From contig CM059431.1 in the NCBI GenBank assembly GCA_030390025.1, positions 101,868,001 to 101,932,000 on the forward strand: 64,000 nt of DNA, written 5' to 3'. Below the pieces are notes generated by a model that had not been told where the DNA came from, did not search any database, and saw only the letters and a program-made list of their open reading frames with translations. How positions within the stretch are numbered: position 1 is the first letter of the stretch; each line of letters opens with the position of its first letter. This document shows positions 45,142 to 57,287 of this stretch, piece after piece. The DNA is from Squalus acanthias. Taxonomy: Eukaryota. Both the position numbers and the translations under genes were made by a program.

Positions 45142-45780
45142 CAACAACAACTTGCATTTGTACAGCGCCTTTAACCTAGTATAATGACCCAAGGCACTTC
45201 ACAGGAGCGTGATCAGACAACATTTGACACCGAGCCACATAAGGAGACATTAGGACAGGTGACCAAAAGCTTGATCAAGGTGATAGGTTTTAAGGAGCGT
45301 CTTAAAGGAGGAGAAAGAGGTAGCGAGGTGGAGAGGTTTAGGGAGGGAATTCCAGAGCTTAGAGCCCAGGCAGCTGAAGGCACGGCCGCCAATGGTGGAG
45401 CGATTAAAATCGGTGATGCGCAAGAGGCCTGAATTGGAGGAGCGCAGAGATCTCAGAGGGTTGTGGGGCTGGAGGAGATTACAGAGACAGGGAGGGGCGA
45501 GGCCATGGAGGGATTTGAACATAAAGATGAGAATTTTAAAATCGGGGCGTTGACGGCCTTGGAGCCAATGTAGGTCAGCGAAGCACAAGGGTGATGGGTG
45601 AACGGGACTTGGTGCGAGTTAGGACACGGGCAGTGGAGTTTTTGGATGAGTTCAAGGTAACGGTGGGTGGAAGGTGGGAGGCCGAACAGGAGAGCGTCGG
45701 AATAGTCGAGTCTAGAGGAAACAAAGGCCTGGATGAGGGTTTCAGCAGCGGATGAGCTGAGGCAGGGGCGGAGACGGGCA
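45142..45780 (-). mobile_element. L2-type LINE 3' fragment
   Basis: ADLHWL...GGRAFSCLGSKLWNSLP...FKTLLKTY; (CAA)n on the + strand. Confidence 0.9.
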
Positions 45781-45954
45781 GCCTAGAAGCATGGAGCTAA
45801 AGAACAACGTAGGACTGGAGGAACCCGCTTTATGATATTAAGGATTATGTAGCAATTCAGTTCACTAACTTCCTATTTTAGTAAAGGTGAAACATTTGTT
45901 AATAAATTAGTATTATGGTCTGACGAGTCTGTATTCTGTGTCTTTTTCATTCAG

Positions 45955-46096
45955 CGGTGCTTGTCATGTATTTCCGCTATTTTCTGCGCTGGGATGAGGA
46001 TCTCGCGACGGCTGTTTATCACGCCTTTGTTGCTCTGTGCTACTTAGCACCCATCCTTGGTGCAATTGTCGCTGACTCCTGGTTGGGAAAATTCAA
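45955..46096 (+). CDS. SLC15A1: SLC15A1 exon 4 (PTR2 signature 1)
   Basis: ttcAG|CG...TTCAA|GTAGGT; AVLVMYFRYFLRWDEDLATAVYHAFVALCYLAPILGAIVADSWLGKFK. Confidence 0.97.
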
Positions 46097-46409
46097 GTAG
46101 GTATTATAAAAATAATTATAGAGTCATAACATGGAGCCATAGAGTCATAACATGGAGCCATAGAGTCATGACGGCACAGAAGGAGGCCATTCGGCCCATC
46201 GAGTCCGTTCCGGCTCTCTGTAGAGCAATCCAGTCAGTCCCATTTCCCCCGCTCTGTCCCCGGAGCCCTGCAAGTTTATTTCCCTCAAGTGCCTATCCAG
46301 TCTCCCCTTGAAAACATTGAGTGTCTCCGCTTCCACCAGTTCCGTCGGCAGCGAATTCCAGGTCATCACCACTCGCTGTGTTTCATAAGCAAAAATGTAA
46401 CAACAATAA

Positions 46410-47117
46410 AACTAAATGGGGGTGTATGTACACACACCTTTGAAGGTGGCAGGACTAGTTGATAATGCTGTGAAAAAAAGCATACGGGATCCTGGGCTTT
46501 ATAAATAGAGGCACAGAGTACAAAAGCCAGGAAGTTATGATGAACCTTCATAAATCACTGGTTAGGCCCCAGTTGGAGTACTGTATCCAATTCTGGGCAC
46601 CGCACTTTCGGAAGGATGTGAAGGCCTTGGAGAGGGTGCAGAGGAGATTTATTAGAATGGTACCAGTGATGAGGGACTTCAGTTATGTGGAGAGACTGGA
46701 GAAGCTGGGATTGTTCTCCTTAGAGTAGAGAAGGTGAAGGGGAGATTTGAAAGAGGTGTTCAAAATCATGAACAGTTTTGATAGAGTAAATAAGGAGAAA
46801 CTGTTTCCAGTGGCAGGAGGGTCGGTAACCAGAGGACACAGATTGAAGCTAATTGGCAAAAGAACCAGAGGGGGAGATGAGGACAGTTTTTTTTTACACA
46901 GCGAGTTGTTGTGATCTGGAATGCGCTGTCTGAAAGGAAGCAGATTCAATAATAACTTTCAAAAGGGAATTGGATAAATACTTGAACAGGAAATATGTGC
47001 AGGGCTGTGGGGAAAGAGCAGGGGGGAGTGGGACTAATTGGAGAGCTCTTTCAAAGAGCCGGCACAGGCACGATGGGCTGAATGGCCTCCTCCTATGCTG
47101 TAGGAGTCTATGATTGT
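46410..47117 (+). mobile_element. CR1-type LINE 3' fragment
   Basis: LVRPQLEYCIQFWAPHFRKDVKALERVQRRF; an opposite-strand CR1 tail lies at 46118-46380. Confidence 0.88.
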
Positions 47118-47403
47118 ATGATAAAATTGACTTGTTTTATCGTTCACATTCATGGAAAGTTGTTGCTGATGCGGTGGTGTGTCAGTCTTGCTGGAGAATT
47201 GGAAAATGTATTTTGTGCTGCTAAAGACATTGGGAGTTAATAAGTAAATCCATTTTATGTTGGATATTCTGGCATCCTCTGCCATTCACTCATACCAAAC
47301 GAATGGGGGTTTCTGGCTCTCGTCCACTAACAGTCAGTTACAAACAGCGCAAGACATGTTGTCTCGCTACTTCAGCCAATCACAAGAGAGCGGTGAAATC
47401 ATA

Positions 47404-47594
47404 GGGGGTAATTTCAATCTAACTTCCCCGGGCGGGAATCCCACGGAATTGGATAGAGCGATGGTTTTACTCCCTGCCCGGTATTACTGACCATGACTTC
47501 AATGAAGAGTAAAACTGGCGTTGCTCCCGCTCCCCCGCCCCCCCTCAGTCCCGTCAGTTTCCCGACTGGGCCGGGTTAGGTTAAAATTGCTCCC
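47404..47594. mobile_element. PIF/Harbinger-like MITE
   Basis: TIRs GGGGGTAATTTCAATCTAAC / GTTAGGTTAAAATTGCTCCC, 3-bp TSD ATA. Confidence 0.75.
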
Positions 47595-47800
47595 ATAAGT
47601 TAGCAAATCAATTAACACGCAACGCCAGGGTTCATTCAAGTGGGAGTTTGTTATTCTGATGTGTGTGTGTTTTCTCAATTATTTGGAGAGAATGAGAAAG
47701 AATAGGCCACTTACGAGCAGGGAGGTGAAGGTGGTGATTTCTTCCCAGGACGGGAGATCAACATACCAGAGAACTGCACTGCAAAGAGATGATAAAATAT

Positions 47801-48439
47801 CTTCTCTTTCTTAGGCAGTCCCTCAGAACCGAGGATGACTTGCTTCCACATTAAAAATGAGTTCTCAGGTGACTGATGAGTCCATGAGTCCAATGCGGGA
47901 CCTACAGTCTCTGTCACAGGTGGGGCAGATGGTGGTTGAAGGGGCAGGTGGGTGGGGTGCTTGGGGTGACGTGCGCTGCTTGCGCTTGGCTTTCGCTTGC
48001 TCCCGGCAAAGAGACTCGAGGTGTTCGGCGCCTTCTCGGATGCTTCTCCTCCACTTTGTGCTCTTGGTCTTGGGCCAGGGATTCCCAGCTGTCAGTGGGG
48101 ATGTTGCACTTTTTCAAGGAGGCTTTGAGGGTGACCTTGAAGCATTTCCTCTGTCCACCTGGGGCTCTCTTGCTGTGCCGGAGCTCCGAGGAGAGCGCTT
48201 GTTTTGGGAGTCTCGTATCGGGCACGCGAACGATGTGACCCGTCCATCGGAGCTGATCGAGCGTGGTCAAAGCTTCGATGCTGGGGATGTTGGCCTGAGC
48301 GAGAACACTGACGTTGGTGCGCCTATCCTGCCAATGGATTTGCAGGATCTTGCGGAGGCAGCGTTGGTGGTACCACTCCAGTGCTTTGAGATGCCTGCTG
48401 TACATGGTCCATGTCTCTGAGGCATACAGCGAGATCATA
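47801..48439 (-). mobile_element. RTE-clade LINE 3' fragment
   Basis: LYASETW...HQRCLRKIL...QLRWTGHIVR..D.RLPK; 19-bp TSD CAAAGAGATGATAAAATAT (47782-47800 and 48440-48458). Confidence 0.9.
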
Positions 48440-48671
48440 CAAAGAGATGATAAAATATACATGAGTATAGCAGTGCAGATGTGTTGTGCAAGTTGTGTCA
48501 GAACATTGTGATTTTGTGCAGAGGCAATTTTCCACTTCTGTTCAGGAATGGGGTCCATCAGAGTGTGTACACTTTAATAACCAGTTTGGGCCAGGCTTTC
48601 AGTACTGCACTGAATGACTTGGATCTCTTTGTGCCCTTGTCTCAATTAGTCTTAACTTTCTATCCTAACAG

Positions 48672-48791
48672 GACCATCATCTACTTGTCCATTGTGTATA
48701 CTATTGGACAGCTGGTGATATCAATCAGTAGCATTGCAGACTTAACTGATGGTAACAGAGACGGTAAACCGGAAAACATGCAGCTTCATAT
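48672..48791 (+). CDS. SLC15A1: SLC15A1 exon 5
   Basis: taacAG|G...CATAT|GTGAGT; TIIYLSIVYTIGQLVISISSIADLTDGNRDGKPENMQLH. Confidence 0.96.
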
Positions 48792-48839
48792 GTGAGTACA
48801 CTCAATTGGTCAACAAAATTTCTATCGCTAATAGTGGGG

Positions 48840-49522
48840 GCTGCAGGTTAACAAGGCCATAAAAGAAGCAAACCAGGCCCTGGGGTTCATTTCTAGAGGG
48901 ATAGAATTGAAAATCAGCGAAGTCATGCTAAACTTGTATCGAACCTTGGTTAGACCACACTTGGAGCACTGCGCACAGTTCTGGTCGCCATATTACATAA
49001 ATGATATAGAGGTACCGGAGAAGGTGCTAAAAAGACGTACAAGGATTGATGCCAGAACTGAGAGGTTATACCTGTCAGGAAAGACTGAACAGGCTGGGGA
49101 TCTTTTCTCTAGAAAAGAGAAGGCTGAGGGGCGACATGATAGAGGTCTTTTAAGATTAGGAAAGAGTTTGATAGGGTAGAAGTAAGGAAGGTGTTTCCAC
49201 TTGTGGTGGAGACCAAAGCTAGGGGCCATAAAAATAAGATAGTCACTAATAAATCCAATAGGGAATTCAGGAGAAACTTCTTTACCCAGACAGTGGTGAG
49301 AATGTGGAACTCATTATCATATAGAATAGTTGAGACAAATGGCACAGATGTAGTTAGGGACAGCTAGATAAACAAATGAGGGAGAAAGGAGTAGAAGGAT
49401 ATGCTGATAGGGTGAGATGAAGTAGAGGTGGGAGGAGGCTGGTGTGGAGCATAAACACCGGCACGGACCAGTTGGGTCGAATGGCCTGTTTCTGTGCTGT
49501 ACATTCTATGTAATTCTATGTA
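48840..49522 (+). mobile_element. CR1-type LINE 3' fragment
   Basis: LYRTLVRPHLEHCAQFWSPY; (TTCTATGTAA)n tail. Confidence 0.88.
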
Positions 49523-49530
49523 ACAGTCCA

Positions 49531-49880
49531 TGGGGGAAAAGTTCAGTTGCTTTGCGCCTCCCGTTAGTGCCCTAAGAGGGTGTTAATGAGGCGCAAAGCA
49601 ACTCGCGCCCGGGCGCGGCGATGTTTGCGGCGCTCGCGAAATTGACCAGACATCTTGCGCTGGCGCTAAACACTACCGCCACGATCTCCTGCACCGGCAG
49701 ATTGTGACGTCAGTCGAGCGTGCAACGCCCCGGTAGTGCCCCGGACCGGATATTGAGTGGCGCCCTCTGCCTTACCGCCTGCCGCTAGCAACGACAGGTT
49801 GAGGGGAATGTTCGGGAAGGGACTGGGGGAGCGCTATTTAAAGGCGACCGCTTCTTGCCTTTTTTTGTTGGTGACATTTT
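49531..49880. mobile_element. Partial copy of the 22051-22943 element
   Basis: Collinear similarity with 22051-22405. Confidence 0.65.
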
Positions 49881-49882
49881 TG

Positions 49883-50891
49883 CCTGTAGTTCCCTGTTTT
49901 CTCTCTGCCTCCTTTCTTGAATAGCGGTGTTACATTTGCGACCTTCCAATCCGCTGGGACCATTCCAGAATCTAGGGAATTTTGGAAGATCAAAACCAAT
50001 GCATCCACTATCTCTTCAGCCACCTCTTTTAGAACCCTAGGATGTAGGCCATCAGGTCCAGGGGATTTGTTGGCTTTTAGTCCCATTAGTTTCTCTAGTA
50101 CTTTTTCTCTACTTATATTAATTACGTTAAGTTCCTCACCCTCATTAGACCCTTGGTTCCCCACCATTTTTGGTACGGTTTTTGTGTCTTCTACTGTTAA
50201 GACAGATACAAAATATTTGTTTAACGTTTCTGCCATTTCCTTATTCCCCATAATAATTTCTCCTGTCTCAGCCTCTAAGGGACCATTTACTTTTGCTACT
50301 CTTTTCCTTTTTACATACTTGTAGAAACTCATACAATCTGCTTTTATAATTCTTGCTTGTTTTCTCTCATTCTATTTTTTCCATTTTTATCAATGTTTTG
50401 GTCAACCTTTGCTAGTTTCTGAAACTCTTCCAATCCTCAGGCTTACTATTATTCTTTGCAACATTATAAGCTTCTTCTTTTAATCTAATGCTATCCTTAA
50501 CTTCTTTACTTAGCCACGGTTGGATCACTTTTCCTGTGGAGTTTTTGTTTCTCAATGGAATGTATTTTTGTTGAGAATTCTGAAATATTTCTTTAAATGC
50601 TAGCCACTGCTTATCTACCGCCATACCTTTTAATCTATTTTTCCAATCTACCTTAGCCAACTCGCCCCTCATACCTATGTAATTGGCTTTATTTAAGTGT
50701 AAGACTCTAGTTTCAGACTTAGGCAAGTCACTCTCAAAATTAATGTGAAATTCTACCATATTATGATCACTCTGCCCCAGCGGATCCTTTACTATGAGAT
50801 TGCTGATTAACCCTGTCCCATTACACAATACAAGATGTAAAATAACTTGTTCCCTGGTTGTTTCCATGACATATTGTTCTAGGAAACTGTC
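49883..50891 (-). mobile_element. CR1 ORF2 internal fragment (endonuclease end to RT start)
   Basis: LGQSDHNMVEF (APE SDH motif), KSPGPDGLHPRVLKE, DWKVANVTPLFKKG..GNYR. Confidence 0.92.
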
Positions 50892-51331
50892 TCCCTCAGT
50901 ACTGCCCCTCCGACAGTGCAGCACACCCTCAGTACTGCCCCTCCGACAGTGCAGCACACCCTCAGTACTGCCCCTCCGACAGCGCGGCGCTCCCTCAGTA
51001 CTGCCCCTCCGACAGTGCGGCGCTCCCTCAGTACTGCTCCTCCGACAGTGCAGCACTCCCTCAGTACTGCCCCCCGACAGTGCGGCGCTCCCTCAGTACT
51101 GCCCCTCCGACAGTGCGGCGCTCCCTCAGTACTGACCCCCTGACAGTGCGGCGCTCCCTCAGTACTGCCCCTCCGACAGTGCGGCGCTCCCTCAGTACTG
51201 CCCCTCCGACAGTGCGGCGCTCCCTCAGTACTGCCCCTCCGACAGTGCAGCGCTCCCTCAGTACTGACCCCCCGACAGTGCGGCGCTCCCTCAGTACTGC
51301 CCCTCCGACAGTGCGGCGCTCCCTCAGTACT
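50892..51331. repeat. 33-bp SINE-derived minisatellite, about 13 copies
   Basis: CTCCCTCAGTACTGCCCCTCCGACAGTGCGGCG units running into the minus-strand SINE head at 51332-51443. Confidence 0.95.
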
Positions 51332-51508
51332 GCACTGGGAGTGTCAGTCAAGCTTAGGTGCTCGATTCTCTGGAGTAGGACTTGAACCCACAACCTTCTG
51401 ACTCAGAGATGAGAGTGCGACCCACTGAGCCACGGCCGACATCTGATACACTGAATTCCACCTAAGTTTGTGGATTATAATGCAAGCGGCTGACTTTGTT
51501 TCCTCCAG

Positions 51509-51608
51509 AGGGCTGTCAATGCTCGGACTGTCACTTATTGCTGTGGGGACCGGTGGCATCAAGCCTTGTGTGTCGGCATTTGGCGGAGACCAGTTTGAAG
51601 ACCATCAG
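51509..51608 (+). CDS. SLC15A1: SLC15A1 exon 6
   Basis: ctccAG|A...CATCAG|GTAAAC; GLSMLGLSLIAVGTGGIKPCVSAFGGDQFEDHQ. Confidence 0.97.
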
Positions 51609-51803
51609 GTAAACATAAATATTAAGTTTTTTAAACTAAAGCCACAGACAAAAATGCTTTAAAAAAATCCTGTTTGTTGATAAAATACCTGACAGCAAAA
51701 CCCGATGGAATCTTTCCACCAGTTGATTGTGCTGCAGTACCCAATTTTTTCTGGTGCAGTTATGTAAAGGCATTGTTCAAATGTTAACATTCCAGGACAC
51801 ATT

Positions 51804-53146
51804 GACCCAGAACTTGCTGGCATGGGGCAGCTCGCGGTGTTGCCCCGTTACTTAGTCTTCTTCCTGCTCACCCTTCAGCTTGAAATTTTTCTGCCCTGTG
51901 TCTCGCTGGCAGTGTGAGCTGATAACAGGGTGGCAAAGGCAATGGGGCATCTGGGACCCCGGTGAACGACGGGACTAACAGTCTATCTCCTTAACCCATG
52001 GGATTTAAGGATTGAGAAAGAAACAGAGCAAACGACGGAAAAGGAAATCGGGTGAATTAGAGTCAACTCAGGTACGGAAAGAGAAATGAAGAGAGGGAAA
52101 GAAAGATTGGAAAAAGAGAGAGAGAGAAAAAGAGACAGAAAGGAAAAGCAAGAAAAAAAAAGTAAAAATCATTACATTTTTAATTTAAAAAATCTCTAAC
52201 AACAATTTACTACCTGCAGGAATGAGACTCTAAAGTTTCAATTGTTCCTTTTCTGGGCCGGAAAGGTTGAGTGGCATTGGATAGCATAGAATTACATAGG
52301 ATATATGGCACAGAAACAGGCCATTCGGCCCAACCAGTCCATGCCGGCGTTTAAGCTCCACTCGAGCCTCCTCCAGTCTGTCCTCATCTCTATCAGCATA
52401 ACCCTCTATTACCTTCTCCCTCATATGCTTGTCTAGCCTCCCTTTAAATGCATCTATACTATTGGCTTCAACCACTCCCTGTGGTAGCGAGTTCCACATT
52501 CTCACCATTCTCTGGGTAAAGAAGTTTCTTCTGAATTCCCCATTTGATTTCTTGGTGGACTATCTTATATTGAAGGCCTCCAGTTTTGCTCTTCCCCACA
52601 AGCGGAAACACTCTCTCTGTATCCACTCTATCAAAACCTTTCATAACCTTTGTAGCGCTAAAGGAGATTATGGAGATGGCTGCATAGAGTGACGCCGCCA
52701 TTCTCGGCCAGAAGGGAGGTATTTGGTTAATTCTCCCGTCAATCATGCCTGGAGACTGCCCTGCTGTAAGTGACTGGGATTAATTTTACGCACCTCATTT
52801 GTATTATGTAACTATCCGCCACTGACTACATTTTGCAGGAACAAAGATCTTCTCATTAAAAGGGTCCTTACGCTGTTAAATTCCAGCCCTAACTTCCTGC
52901 GGCGAGTTTAATGGGTAATTAAGACACAAATCCAGCAATTTCTTGAAACTCGCGGGGAGGTTGAGGGCGAGCTGCCGTTTTCGCGAGGCTAACGGGCGGA
53001 GTGGCGCAAATCGTCCGGCGGCAACTCGTGGCGATTCGCAACTCACGGGAGAATCTCTCCCTCGCCACAAGTTGCCGGGCGATTCACACGTCAATAACGG
53101 CGAGCGCCATTAAACCCACCGTTACCTTGGCAGCAAAGTCTGGGCC
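51804..53146. mobile_element. Non-autonomous PIF/Harbinger-like element with an internal CR1 insertion (about 52284-52648)
   Basis: Imperfect TIRs GACCCAGAACTTGCTG / CAGCAAAGTCTGGGCC; CpG-rich subterminal region. Confidence 0.6.
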
Positions 53147-53277
53147 AATAAGTGAACACCAGAAGATGCCTCAACGCCCTTGTGTTACAGAGTAAACATG
53201 AATTTCTGCAAATATCTCAAAGTGCCTTTGATTCCTTTCTGCTGTTCGAGTCAATGTTCTCTTTTTTTTCTCCGAAG

Positions 53278-53368
53278 GAAAAACAAAGGAGCAGGTTCTT
53301 CTCAATTTTCTATTTGTCAATCAATGCAGGAAGTCTCATTTCCACAATTGTTACTCCCGTGCTGAGAG
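53278..53368 (+). CDS. SLC15A1: SLC15A1 exon 7 (PTR2 signature 2)
   Basis: ccgAAG|GAA...AGAG|GTAGGC; EKQRSRFFSIFYLSINAGSLISTIVTPVLR. Confidence 0.96.
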
Positions 53369-53643
53369 GTAGGCATTAGTTGGCTTTGCTTGATGAAGCG
53401 TGTATCAAAAGTAAAACCAGAAACTGCAAAATGGTTGTTGGAAAAGTAAAAGCCAATGAGAGTCTTTGTCGATCATCATTTTGATTGAAAATTAATGAAG
53501 TTAAGCATAAGTAATCCGACACATTTGTAACACTTAATTTCCACCATTTTCTGTGTGCAATTATTTTATTTGTCCATTAGTCATGTTACCTAGCACAAAC
53601 TGGCTTATGACCAATAGGATTATCAGATCATGGCTTAATTTAG

Positions 53644-54305
53644 ACATAGGAACAGGAGGAGGCCATTCAGCCCCTCGAGCCTGTTCCACCATTCAATTAG
53701 ATTGTGGCTAACCTGTATCTTAACTCCATCTCCCCGCCTTGGTTCCGTAAGCCTTAATACCCTAGCCGAACAAAAAATCTATCAGTCTCAGTTTTGACAT
53801 TTTCAATTGACCCCCCCAGCCTCAACAGCTTTTTGGGGGAGAGAGTTCCAGATTTTCACCACCCTTTGTGTGAAGAAGTGCTTCCTGACATCACCCCTGA
53901 ACGGCCTGGCTCTAATTTTAAGGTGAAGCCCCCTTGTTCTGGACTCCCCCCACCAGAGGAAATAGTTTCTCTCTCTCTACCCTATCGAATCCTTTAATCA
54001 TCTTAAACACCTCAATTAGATCACCCCTTGATCTTCTATACTCGAGGGAATACAAGCCTAGTCTGTGCAACCTGTCCTGATAAATTAACCTTTTTAGCCC
54101 CGGTATCATTCTGGTGAATCTGCGCTGCCCCCCCCTCCAAGGCCAATATATCCTTCCTGAGGTGCGGGGCCCAGAACTGAACGCGGTTACTCCAAATGGG
54201 GGTCTAACCAGAGCTCTGTACAGCTGTAACATAACTCCCACCCCTTTGTATCCCAGCCCCCTCGAGATAAAGACCAATGTCCCGTTAGCCTTTTCAATTA
54301 TTTTT
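53644..54305 (-). mobile_element. CR1-type LINE 3' fragment
   Basis: [10 protein letters not shown]...RRSRGDLIEVFK with frameshifts. Confidence 0.85.
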
Positions 54306-54403
54306 TTGCACCTGACCTTGACAATAAGGGGTCATGAAGAGTTAATGAAATGTCCTTTTTGTGCACTAAGTTCTAACCATGCCATAACTCTTGTGTATTT
54401 TAG

Positions 54404-54484
54404 CTCACGAATGTGGACGGGTCCCCCAGGCCTGTTACCCTCTGGCTTTCGGTGTGCCAGCAGCCCTGATGGCAGTTGCTTTGA
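54404..54484 (+). CDS. SLC15A1: SLC15A1 exon 8
   Basis: ttttAG|CT...TTGA|GTGAGT; AHECGRVPQACYPLAFGVPAALMAVAL. Confidence 0.96.
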
Positions 54485-54633
54485 GTGAGTCTTATAAACT
54501 CTTTTCTCCAGCAAATAAATGAGATCGATAGATTGCCACAATCTGTATCACTTTGAGATACCAGGCGGTGAGGGTCTTTGCTCACTCGCACACGGCCAAC
54601 GATTTCCTGCCTATTCATTTTCATGAACAGTGG

Positions 54634-55025
54634 GTACGGTAGCATCGTGGTTAAGTTTACTGGACTAGTAATCCAGAGGCCTGGACTAATGATCCACGAG
54701 GCGTGAGTTCAAACCCGCCACAGGCAGCTGGGGAATTTAAATTCAATTCATTAAATTAATCTGGAATTTTAAAAAGCTAGTGTCAATAATGGGTGACCAT
54801 GAAACTACCGGATTGTCGTAAAAACCCATCTGGTTCACTAATGTCCTTGAGGGAAGGAAATCTGCTGCCTTTACCCGGTCTGGCCTATATGTGACTCCAG
54901 GCCCACAGCAATGTGGTTGATTCTTAACTGCCCTCTGCGGTTCAAGAAGGTGGCTCACTGAGGGCAATCAGGGATGGGCAATAAATGCCGGCCTTGCCAG
55001 TGACGCCCACATCCCGTGAACAAAT
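54634..55025 (+). mobile_element. Second tRNA-derived SINE family
   Basis: A-box-like TAGCATCGTGGTTA, B-box-like GAGTTCAAACCC, body shared with 16706-16789, tail shared with the LINE at 27690-28268. Confidence 0.75.
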
Positions 55026-55567
55026 ATTTTTTTTAAAAATCATACGTTGCCCAGGTGTTAGGCTTGCCAACCTGCCAGGATTATCCTGGAACCTCCCGGA
55101 ATCACAGATTAATCTCCTGAGCACTGCAGCCGGCAAACACCCGGCAGAAAAATCATAGGGTGCATTTAAAAAAAAACTGTGTGTCCTTTTCCATTTTCTT
55201 TGAACACTTTCATTTAGAACCGTAGACACAGCACAGAAGGAGGCCATTCGGCCGGCCATGCCTGTACCGGCTCTTTGAAAGAACTGTCCGATTAGTTCCG
55301 CTCCCCTTATTCTAAAAATATGGGGAAATAAAGGCTGTTTGACCGGGGCGGGGGGAGGGGTGGGGGGGGATGCAGTTTGGCAGCGGGAGAGCATGCGCTG
55401 GAACCTCCAAGAGTACGGCCAACCATGCCCTACCATGCGTGATTTCCCAATAGGCATTCTTGGCAGGCAAGGTTCCACACCGGGAGCAACGAGGGATATA
55501 TACGCTTACTCTTATATTTGGTCAAGGTAACTATAATCCATTAACCATATCATGCTGTGTCTTTCAG

Positions 55568-55650
55568 TTGTATTTACTGGAGGAGCTTCTTTGTACAAGA
55601 AGTCCGCTCCCCAGGGGAATACTGTATATACAGTTGCCAAGTGCATTGCG
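55568..55650 (+). CDS. SLC15A1: SLC15A1 exon 9
   Basis: tttcAG|TT...GCG|GTAAGT; IVFTGGASLYKKSAPQGNTVYTVAKCIA. Confidence 0.95.
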
Positions 55651-55699
55651 GTAAGTAAAGAAACAAAACCATGCACCCATGCAGGAAGGTTGAGAAGGG

Positions 55700-57170
55700 T
55701 ATGACTTAGATGATGAGATAGAAAGCCACATATCCAAATTTGCCAATGATGCAAAGATAGGCGACATTGTAAGCAGTGTAGATGGAAGCATAAAATTACT
55801 AAGAGATATTAATAAGAAAGACTTGCATTTATATAGCGCCTTTCACGCCCACTGGACATCTCAAAGAGCTTTACAGCCAATGAAGTACTTTTTGAAGTGT
55901 AGTCACTGTTGTAATGCGGCAGCCAATTTGCGCACAGCAAGCTCCCACAAACAGCACTGTGATAATGGCCCGATAAACTGTTTTTGTTATGTTGGTTGAG
56001 GGATAAGTATTGGCCCAGGACATCAGGGATAACTGCCCTACTCTTCTTCAAATAGCGAGATGGGATCTTTTACGTCCACCTGAGAGAGGACAGACGGGGC
56101 CTCGGTTTAACGTCTTATCCAAAAGACAGCACTTCCAACAGTGCAGCACTCCCTCAGCACTGCACTGGAGCGTCAGCCTGGCTTTATGTGTTCAAGTCTC
56201 TGGAGTGGGACTTGAACCCACAACCTTCATGACTCAGAGACGAGTGTGCTACCCACTGAGCCACAGCTGACACTGCTACAGATTATAGATTAATTATATT
56301 GCTATAGATTATAGATTATAGATTAATTAATTAATAGATTAAGCGAGTGGGCAAAACTGTGGCAAATGGATTTCAATATAAGCAAATGTGAGGTCATCCA
56401 CTTTGGACCTAAAAAGGATAGAACAGGATACTTTATAAATGGTGAAGAGCCAAAAACAGTGGCGGTCCAAAGGGACTTGGGGGTCCATGTACGTAGATCA
56501 TCAAAATGTCATGGACAGTTACAGAGAATAATCAAAAAGGCTAATGGAATGCTGGCCTTTATATCTAGAGGACTAGAATACAAGGGGGTAGAAGTCATGC
56601 TTCAGCTATACAAAGCCCTGGTTAGACCACACCTGGAGCACTGTGTTCAGTTCTGGGCACCACACTTTAGGAAGGATATATTGGCCTTGGAGGGAGTGCA
56701 GCATAGGTTTACCAGAATGATACCCAGATTTCAAGGGTTAAGTTACGAGGAGAGATTACACAAACTAGGGTTGTATTCCCTAGAATTTAGAAGGTTAAGG
56801 GGTGATTTGATTGAAGTTTTCAAGATATTAAGGGGAGCAGATAGGGTAGACAGAGAGAAACTATTTCTGCTGGTCTAGGACGAGGGGCCATAGTCTAAAA
56901 ATTGGAGCCAGACCTTTCAGGAGTGAAATTAGGAAACACTTCTACACACAAAGGGTGGTAGAAGTTTGGAACTCTCTTCCGCAAATGGCAATTGATGCTA
57001 GATCAATTGTTAATTTTAAATCTGAGATTGATGGATTTCTGTTAACCAAAGATATTAAGGGATATGGGGCAAAGGCAGGTAGATGGAGTTTGGTCACAGA
57101 TCAGCCATGATCTCATTGAATGGCGGAACAGGCTCGAGGGGCTGAATGGCCTCCTCCTGTTCCTATGTTC
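55700..57170 (+). mobile_element. CR1 RT fragment split by a SINE (55814-56272)
   Basis: SKFANDAKIG...RDI at 55731-55812 resumes as RLSEWAKLWQMDFNISKC after 56335. Confidence 0.88.
55814..56272 (-). mobile_element. Full-length Deu-domain SINE inserted in CR1
   Basis: Same family; interrupts the CR1 RT reading frame. Confidence 0.85.
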
Positions 57171-57287
57171 CGAGATACTCATGTTTACAGTTCTGGCTTC
57201 TCCCAATATTTTTATCCTGTGTTCGTGGCAAAATGGCAATTCTATGAGTAGATCGATTCTCTTAGGAACCAAAATCTTATACATACA

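Noticed and set aside
46118..46169. 21-bp tandem duplication just after SLC15A1 exon 4
   Set aside because: It is the simple-repeat tail of an antisense CR1 3' end; no sign of function.
50412..51056. 214-aa ORF with repeated HCRRGSTEG fused to an endonuclease fragment
   Set aside because: Chance junction of the 33-bp minisatellite with a CR1 ORF2 fragment.
50892..51331. CRISPR-like regular repeats (also 25848-26047 and 39932-40343)
   Set aside because: Head-to-tail units with no unique spacers, no cas genes and a eukaryotic intron context; these are minisatellites.
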